A stretch of DNA of 64,000 nt from Candidatus Omnitrophota bacterium (GTDB lineage Bacteria; Omnitrophota; Omnitrophia; Omnitrophales; Aquincolibacteriaceae): the NCBI GenBank assembly GCA_022705945.1, contig JAKJDL010000001.1, positions 163,582 to 227,581 on the forward strand. The letters run 5' to 3'. The translations under genes and the position numbers were made by a program. Numbering within the stretch: the stretch's first letter is position 1; every line of letters begins with the position of its first letter. Below, in pieces: positions 57,857-64,000 of the stretch. Under the pieces are notes generated by a model that searched no databases, was not told the DNA's origin, and saw nothing but the letters and a program-made list of their open reading frames with translations.

Positions 57857-58456
57857 ATGCTCCGCGAGACTCTTTATCCGAAGATCGAGGCGTTGATAGG
57901 CCGGATCGTTCACAAACTTGATCAACTCGACATCACCCCCAATCAGCTCACGCTCGCGGGTGCCGCGCTCAATCTCCTCACGGGTATTATTTACGCCAAA
58001 GGCTACCTGTTCCTGGGTGCCCTGTTCCTTCTTCTCGCGGGACTGGGGGATATGCTGGACGGCCCCCTTGCCCGGAAAACGGGGAAATCAAGCCCGTTCG
58101 GGGCTTTCCTGGATTCGACGGTTGACCGTTATTCCGATTTTTTTATCTTTGGGGGTCTTGCCGTTTTTTTTGCCCGCGAAGGGGAGATTTTTTGGTTCCT
58201 GGTTTTACTCGGGATCATCCTCGGCTCTTTCGTCGTAAGCTATTCAAAAGCCCGCGCCGAAAATTTTATCGAAAACTGCGGGGTCGGAATTTTCGGCCGT
58301 GCCGAAAGAATCGTGCTTCTTGCCCTCGGCACTCTTATTTCCCCCCTTCTGAAACCGGTCCTGTTCATCCTTCTCGTCGGAACCCATGCGACCGCTCTTC
58401 AGCGGATCCGTCACACAAAAAAAGCCCTTTCGGAGTCCAAGGCCTCTACGGACTGA
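57857..58456 (+). CDS. CDP-alcohol phosphatidyltransferase, probably an inositol-phosphate-using phospholipid synthase
   Basis: It has the CAPT motif D-x2-D-G-x2-A-R-x8-G-x3-D-x3-D (GDMLDGPLARKTGKSSPFGAFLDSTVDRYSD) and 5-6 TM helices. It lies 7 nt downstream of MIPS. Confidence 0.7.
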   Translation: MLRETLYPKIEALIGRIVHKLDQLDITPNQLTLAGAALNLLTGIIYAKGYLFLGALFLLLAGLGDMLDGPLARKTGKSSPFGAFLDSTVDRYSDFFIFGGLAVFFAREGEIFWFLVLLGIILGSFVVSYSKARAENFIENCGVGIFGRAERIVLLALGTLISPLLKPVLFILLVGTHATALQRIRHTKKALSESKASTD

Positions 58457-59457
58457 TGAGACGGCGGGTCTGCATATTCGCTTTTCTTTTTTTTCTGCCT
58501 TTTGTTTTCTCCCCATTCCTCCCGACTGTTTTCGCACAAACTGCGCCGGCATCTCCCGAGCTTGATACCATCCTCAAACAGATCGAAAACCGGAATTACC
58601 GGTGGGTCGCTTTTCGGTCCGACGTGGTTCTCTTCTTCGTTTCTCCGGGAAATACCCGCCAGTCCCTTTGTACGGGGGAGCTCCTTTACGAGCGCCTTCA
58701 GGAGAGGCTTCTCCTTTCCTGCTCCGACGCCGAACAAAACATTGTTTTCGTCTTCAGGGCCCTCGACAGGCAGTTTGATCTTTATATCCCCTCACAAAAC
58801 ACTTTGTATCACGGATCCGTATTTGATCTTGAGGATTCTCCCGAGATTGAAAGCCATATGAAGCTGATTGATCTTTATCGCGCGCTCAAACCCGGGATGT
58901 TCGATCCCAGGCGAACCAAGGTCGAGCTGTCTTCCGGATTCAAGATAAGCCTGAATGTCTTCGCGGAAAAAAACGGCGTGTCTTACCTCGCAAGAAAAGC
59001 GTATGTCACCCCCCGGGGAGATGTTTTGGGCGAGCTTTTTTTTGATCGGGAAGGGCAAACTATCGCGGATATCCAGCGCTATGATTTTAGGGAAATCCCG
59101 GCAGATGTCGGTTCTTTCAAATCCGTTTTTTTTCCCAAAAAAATCACGATCATTTCTCCGCGAACGGGGAAAAACACCGCCGTCTTCTTCAACAGCATCA
59201 AGCCTCTCGACACCGTTTCCTCTTACGAGTTCCTGCTTCGGATACCGCGGGGAACCCGGGAGGTTTTTTTGAAAGAAGTGGATCCCCGGTTTTCTCAGGC
59301 ACCGATGGCATCCGGAACAGACAACCTCCCCGGTCCCGGAGACGGAAGCGGGCCTTCGACGGACAAGGATATAGCGGAGAGAGGCTTTGGGCCGGATCAG
59401 GAAACGTCGGACACGGAATCTTTTTTGACGGAAGCGGCGGCCCCTGCGGCCTTTTAG
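58456..59457 (+). CDS. Secreted hypothetical protein
   Basis: It has a signal peptide (FAFLFFLPFVFSPFLPTVFA-QT). Its ATG overlaps the upstream stop (TGATG). It has a C-terminal acidic/G-P-rich tail. Confidence 0.5.
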   Translation: MRRRVCIFAFLFFLPFVFSPFLPTVFAQTAPASPELDTILKQIENRNYRWVAFRSDVVLFFVSPGNTRQSLCTGELLYERLQERLLLSCSDAEQNIVFVFRALDRQFDLYIPSQNTLYHGSVFDLEDSPEIESHMKLIDLYRALKPGMFDPRRTKVELSSGFKISLNVFAEKNGVSYLARKAYVTPRGDVLGELFFDREGQTIADIQRYDFREIPADVGSFKSVFFPKKITIISPRTGKNTAVFFNSIKPLDTVSSYEFLLRIPRGTREVFLKEVDPRFSQAPMASGTDNLPGPGDGSGPSTDKDIAERGFGPDQETSDTESFLTEAAAPAAF

Positions 59458-59459
59458 GA

Positions 59460-59939
59460 TTACTTGCCGCCCAAAGAGGTGAGGACCCCGGTAGGGATCG
59501 CGATCCTTTCCGAAAACGGGCTTTTCGGATGACGGTAATAACGGATCTTCGCTTCACCCGTTTCCCAGGACCAGAAGATCCTTTTATTTTCAAAGTCGGC
59601 CGGGAAATCCACCCGCCCCTTTTCGATGCTTCTTAAAAAACATCCCTTTTCAAAGATGGCTTCGACATCCTTGGCAAGGTCTTCAATTGCCTGCTCAAGA
59701 TCATGGATGTTCGCTTCAAGATCGTCGTTCTCGAGGATTCCGTTCGTTTTCTCCGCGGCCGCCACAAGTTCACGCACGAACAAGGCATCGTGAAGACGGG
59801 TATAAACTTCTCTTTTCGTCTGAAGACGCTTGAGGCGCTTCTCGATCTCGGGAATAAGGGCGTTGGCTTCTTTTAAACTAAAGGTCTTTCGGGGTTTTGG
59901 GGACACTTTTTCAATTTCTCCTCGGGACGTAAAATACAC
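59460..59939 (-). CDS. DUF2203-like hypothetical protein
   Basis: The segment FSLKEANALIPEIEKRLKRLQ resembles the DUF2203 N-terminal pattern. Confidence 0.45.
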   Translation of the reverse strand: MYFTSRGEIEKVSPKPRKTFSLKEANALIPEIEKRLKRLQTKREVYTRLHDALFVRELVAAAEKTNGILENDDLEANIHDLEQAIEDLAKDVEAIFEKGCFLRSIEKGRVDFPADFENKRIFWSWETGEAKIRYYRHPKSPFSERIAIPTGVLTSLGGK

Positions 59940-60017
59940 CCTTCATTTTTAAAAATCAAACCTATTCCTGCCCGGAAACCGATAAAACTCTTCTTATCCT
60001 TGCGGGCTCAAACGGCC

Positions 60018-61379
60018 TCAGGCCGTAAGGCCTTCAGGCGCGGCGTCCGACCAGATCGCGGGGATCAATCCGCCCCCTGTCGCGACATTCACAACGCTTT
60101 CATCGCTCAGGCGGGCAAATCCGCCCGTGTATTTCCCGCCGGATACGAGAAGATTGAAATTGTATTTTTTGTAGGCGAAATCCAGCTTGCCGTTCACGGA
60201 AACGGGAACCGTCATAACGGGGACATTGACATGTTCCTGGATCACCCATCCCTGCCCTTTGAGGGCTTTATCAACCGTCGCGTTCCACTCCCCATCGGGT
60301 GTTTCGCGTCCGATCTTCACATGATCGGGGCCGTGGCTATAGGGCGGCTTGAGGACAAGCGTCTCTTTCTCATCCTTTAAGAAATCGATCAAAAAAACCT
60401 TCCGATGGCCATAAAAATCTTCGGCATCCGCGACACAGCGCGTCCAGGGAAGATGGTCCCGTTTCATCTTGTTTTCATTATCGGAAAAAAACCGGTCAAA
60501 CTCCCGAGCGGTCAGAAGCGAAAAAATCGATTTAGACGATGAGAGCTTCGCGCGAAGCGGGTTGACGAGACAGACCGCCTTATCCCGGTAAGCCCGGATC
60601 AGGTCCTGGACTTCATCAAGCCGCTCGACGATCTCGTCAAAATGGACTCTCCGGTAGATCAGATGGACGCGGAATCCCTTGTGATAAAGCTTGCCGCCTT
60701 TATATTGAAGCTCCCGCGGATCCGCGAGGACTGTCTTGTAGCCCCTGGATTCAAAATGCGATTTCATAAATTCGCTTTCGGCGTGCGTTCGCGCGTGCCG
60801 CCAGTCCATGATCGCCACGTGCGGGGTCTCATAGCCTCCGAACTCTTCATAAACGGCCAGAAGCGAGTTCAGTGTATTCTGAACACGTTCGCTTGCCGCA
60901 AGGTGCTGTTCCTCGGCAAACGAGGCCGCCAGCTTTTCGTTCAAAAACGACCTTTCAAGCTGGTCGGCATAAGAAGCCCCGGCGGGGGCGTCACAGCTAA
61001 ATTCGAGAATCTTGAGGCTTTCCCCTTCCAGAAGCGCGTCAAACCTCCCAAAAACCACGTTTTTGGAATAACCGGGATCGATCCGGATCAGGTCTTCGGC
61101 TTCAGGATTCAGATTGAATTTTTTCTTGAGCGGGGCTTCTTCAAAATAAAGCCTCGTGACTGTATTAATGATCTGGTAAAAAGCCGCGGCGGCCCGCTTT
61201 AGAAGATGCTGCTGTTTGGAAGTCACAAAAAAGGCCTTATAAAAGGCGGGGACGGTAAAACGCCCGAAACTCATGGAGGGATTCTTGAGCGACTCCCGGA
61301 AGGACTGAATCGACCGGACGGCTTCGGACGGTCTTGCCCGCAGGTATTCGTCAAACGCATAGTCGAGATTTGCCGTCAT
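60018..61379 (-). CDS. ATP-grasp superfamily protein (circularly permuted / glutathionylspermidine-synthase-like)
   Basis: It has C-terminal QGWVIQEHVNVP...LVSGGKYTGGFARLS...VVNVATGGG. The domain order matches pre-ATP-grasp GSP-synth-like proteins. Confidence 0.45.
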   Translation of the reverse strand: MTANLDYAFDEYLRARPSEAVRSIQSFRESLKNPSMSFGRFTVPAFYKAFFVTSKQQHLLKRAAAAFYQIINTVTRLYFEEAPLKKKFNLNPEAEDLIRIDPGYSKNVVFGRFDALLEGESLKILEFSCDAPAGASYADQLERSFLNEKLAASFAEEQHLAASERVQNTLNSLLAVYEEFGGYETPHVAIMDWRHARTHAESEFMKSHFESRGYKTVLADPRELQYKGGKLYHKGFRVHLIYRRVHFDEIVERLDEVQDLIRAYRDKAVCLVNPLRAKLSSSKSIFSLLTAREFDRFFSDNENKMKRDHLPWTRCVADAEDFYGHRKVFLIDFLKDEKETLVLKPPYSHGPDHVKIGRETPDGEWNATVDKALKGQGWVIQEHVNVPVMTVPVSVNGKLDFAYKKYNFNLLVSGGKYTGGFARLSDESVVNVATGGGLIPAIWSDAAPEGLTA

Positions 61380-61443
61380 GGATCCATGCCTTTCTCAACT
61401 CTTCTGCCGCTCCCGGAGAAGCCCGCGCGTTTTTTACGACGCG

Positions 61444-62610
61444 TTATTTCCGTTCTTCCGCAGGAATGTAATATCCGTCCTGGGGTCCGACATACTCGGC
61501 CAGGGGACGGATCAGACGGTTATCAAGTTGCTGCTCGATAATGTGCCCGCTCCATCCCGCCACGCGGCTTGCCGCGAAAACGGTGGTGAAAAAGTCCGGC
61601 GGGAACCCGAGCACATAAAGCACGGGCGCCGAAAAAAAGTCCACGTTGCACGGAATTTTTTTGCGGTCCATCATGATCTTTTCCACAACCTCGGCGATCT
61701 CAAGCCATTCGGTTTTTCCGGCCTTCGCGCAAAGGTTTTTTGCAATCTCGCGGAATGCTTCCGCACGCGGATCGCGCATCTTATAAATGCGGTGACCGAA
61801 CCCCATCACTTTCTTTTTCTCATCCAGGAGTTTATTGACGTAAGCTTCCGCCTTGCCCGCAGAACCGATCCTGAGGATCATTTCCATGGCATGCTGGTTC
61901 GCCGCGCCGTGCAGTTCCCCGGCAAGAGTCCCGACGGCCGAAGTGACCGCCGAATAAAGATTCGACAGCGTCCCGGTGGTGACGCGCGCCGCAAAAGTCG
62001 AGGCGTTCAGCCCGTGGTCCGCGAGAAGGATCAGGTAGGCGTCCAGCGCTTTTTCCATTTCCGGCGTGGGTTTTTCCCCGCTCAGCATATAAAGGAAGTT
62101 CGCCGCGTGCGACAGGCTCATGTCCGGAGCCACCGGTTCTTTCCCTTCCCGGAGGCGAAAAAAGGCCGTAATGATCGTCGGGAACACTCCCGTCAGATGA
62201 TAGGCCTTCCGCTGAGATTCTTCCGGATTAACGATATGGGCCCGTGGATCCAGGGAACCCATAAGCGAGCACATGGTCCTCAAGGCGCTCATGGGGTGCG
62301 TGGTGGTCGGGATGAGTTTTAATATAGCCAAGGCTTTCGGAGAAAGAGGCCGTTGGACCTTCAGGGTGTCCTTAAAACTCTCGAGCTCGGCGCTCGTGGG
62401 AAGTTTGTCATACCAAAGCAGGTAGACAACTTCTTCAAAATGGGATTTTTCAACAAGCTCGCCTATCGGTATCCCGCGGTAGAGAAGACGTCCGTTTTCA
62501 CCGTCCACGTTACTCAGAGACGTTTGTGCGGCCACCACTCCTTCAAGCCCCTTGATCAGCTTGGAAGCGCCGGACGGTTCCTTTTTGAGAGAAGGTTCTG
62601 AATTTGACAT
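61444..62610 (-). CDS. gltA: Citrate synthase
   Basis: It has GFGHRIYK and RPLSPKA..., the conserved citrate synthase catalytic motifs. Confidence 0.9.
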   Translation of the reverse strand: MSNSEPSLKKEPSGASKLIKGLEGVVAAQTSLSNVDGENGRLLYRGIPIGELVEKSHFEEVVYLLWYDKLPTSAELESFKDTLKVQRPLSPKALAILKLIPTTTHPMSALRTMCSLMGSLDPRAHIVNPEESQRKAYHLTGVFPTIITAFFRLREGKEPVAPDMSLSHAANFLYMLSGEKPTPEMEKALDAYLILLADHGLNASTFAARVTTGTLSNLYSAVTSAVGTLAGELHGAANQHAMEMILRIGSAGKAEAYVNKLLDEKKKVMGFGHRIYKMRDPRAEAFREIAKNLCAKAGKTEWLEIAEVVEKIMMDRKKIPCNVDFFSAPVLYVLGFPPDFFTTVFAASRVAGWSGHIIEQQLDNRLIRPLAEYVGPQDGYYIPAEERK

Positions 62611-62774
62611 CGATTATTTCCTTTTTAAATGGCCGGGCACCTTTGCCCGGCGGACATTGCTTCCAAAAGGCGCGCCACCTCTTTGCGTCGCGTTTTCCCT
62701 CCGGAAATATTCAGGCGGCATTATACCCAAAGGTTCAAAAATGGGGAACGGAAATCGGAATCCGGAATAAAAAT

Positions 62775-64000
<1,226 letters not shown>

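Overview
This 64 kb window looks like a high-GC (~57%) chromosome segment from a Gram-negative, probably uncultivated, bacterium, and most of it is housekeeping genes.

On the + strand:
- The 3' part of a class II (B12-dependent) ribonucleotide reductase.
- A tightly packed string running membrane permease, UPF0016 half-transporter, a 26-aa Lys-rich micro-ORF, RluA-family pseudouridine synthase, a secreted hypothetical, a B12-binding radical SAM protein, two small membrane proteins, a flavin reductase and crcB.
- An inositol-3-phosphate synthase plus a CDP-alcohol phosphatidyltransferase, with a secreted hypothetical behind them.

On the - strand:
- A 2391-aa membrane protein with a C-terminal GH94 phosphorylase module.
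- hflK/hflC.
- A TolC-MacA-MacB efflux operon.
- prfC.
- A long conserved array: dnaX-recR-SDR, tRNA-Gly, nusA-infB-rbfA-truB-ribF-rpsO-pnp-dut-ftsK-queH.
- A TPR / pilin-like HExxH / PsbP-like triplet, tRNA-Ser, CHASE2-GGDEF with mnmE, then folC, purH, a pabC-like gene, DUF1015 and csaA.
- A TCA block: an ATP-grasp protein, gltA and acnA (partial).

There is no CRISPR array, no recognisable mobile element and no obvious defence island.

The observations I rate most interesting are:
1. The giant GH94 fusion membrane protein.
2. An in-frame A-AAA-AAC slippery heptamer at codons 430/431 of dnaX, with a -1-frame stop 5 codons later, which looks like a programmed -1 frameshift making a gamma subunit.
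3. A promoter plus intrinsic terminator in the nusA leader right after tRNA-Gly, with no rimP.
4. A type IV pilin-like protein carrying a C-terminal HExxH domain, in a three-gene unit.
5. A 26-aa Lys-rich micro-ORF with a strong Shine-Dalgarno.
6. A crcB followed by a truncated DUF190 remnant.
7. A pabC-like gene that appears split across two frames.
8. A 26-bp inverted repeat downstream of macB.

Many ORF-track N-termini begin at TTG/GTG, so start coordinates are approximate. Every family assignment comes from motif-level reading of the translations, not from a database search.
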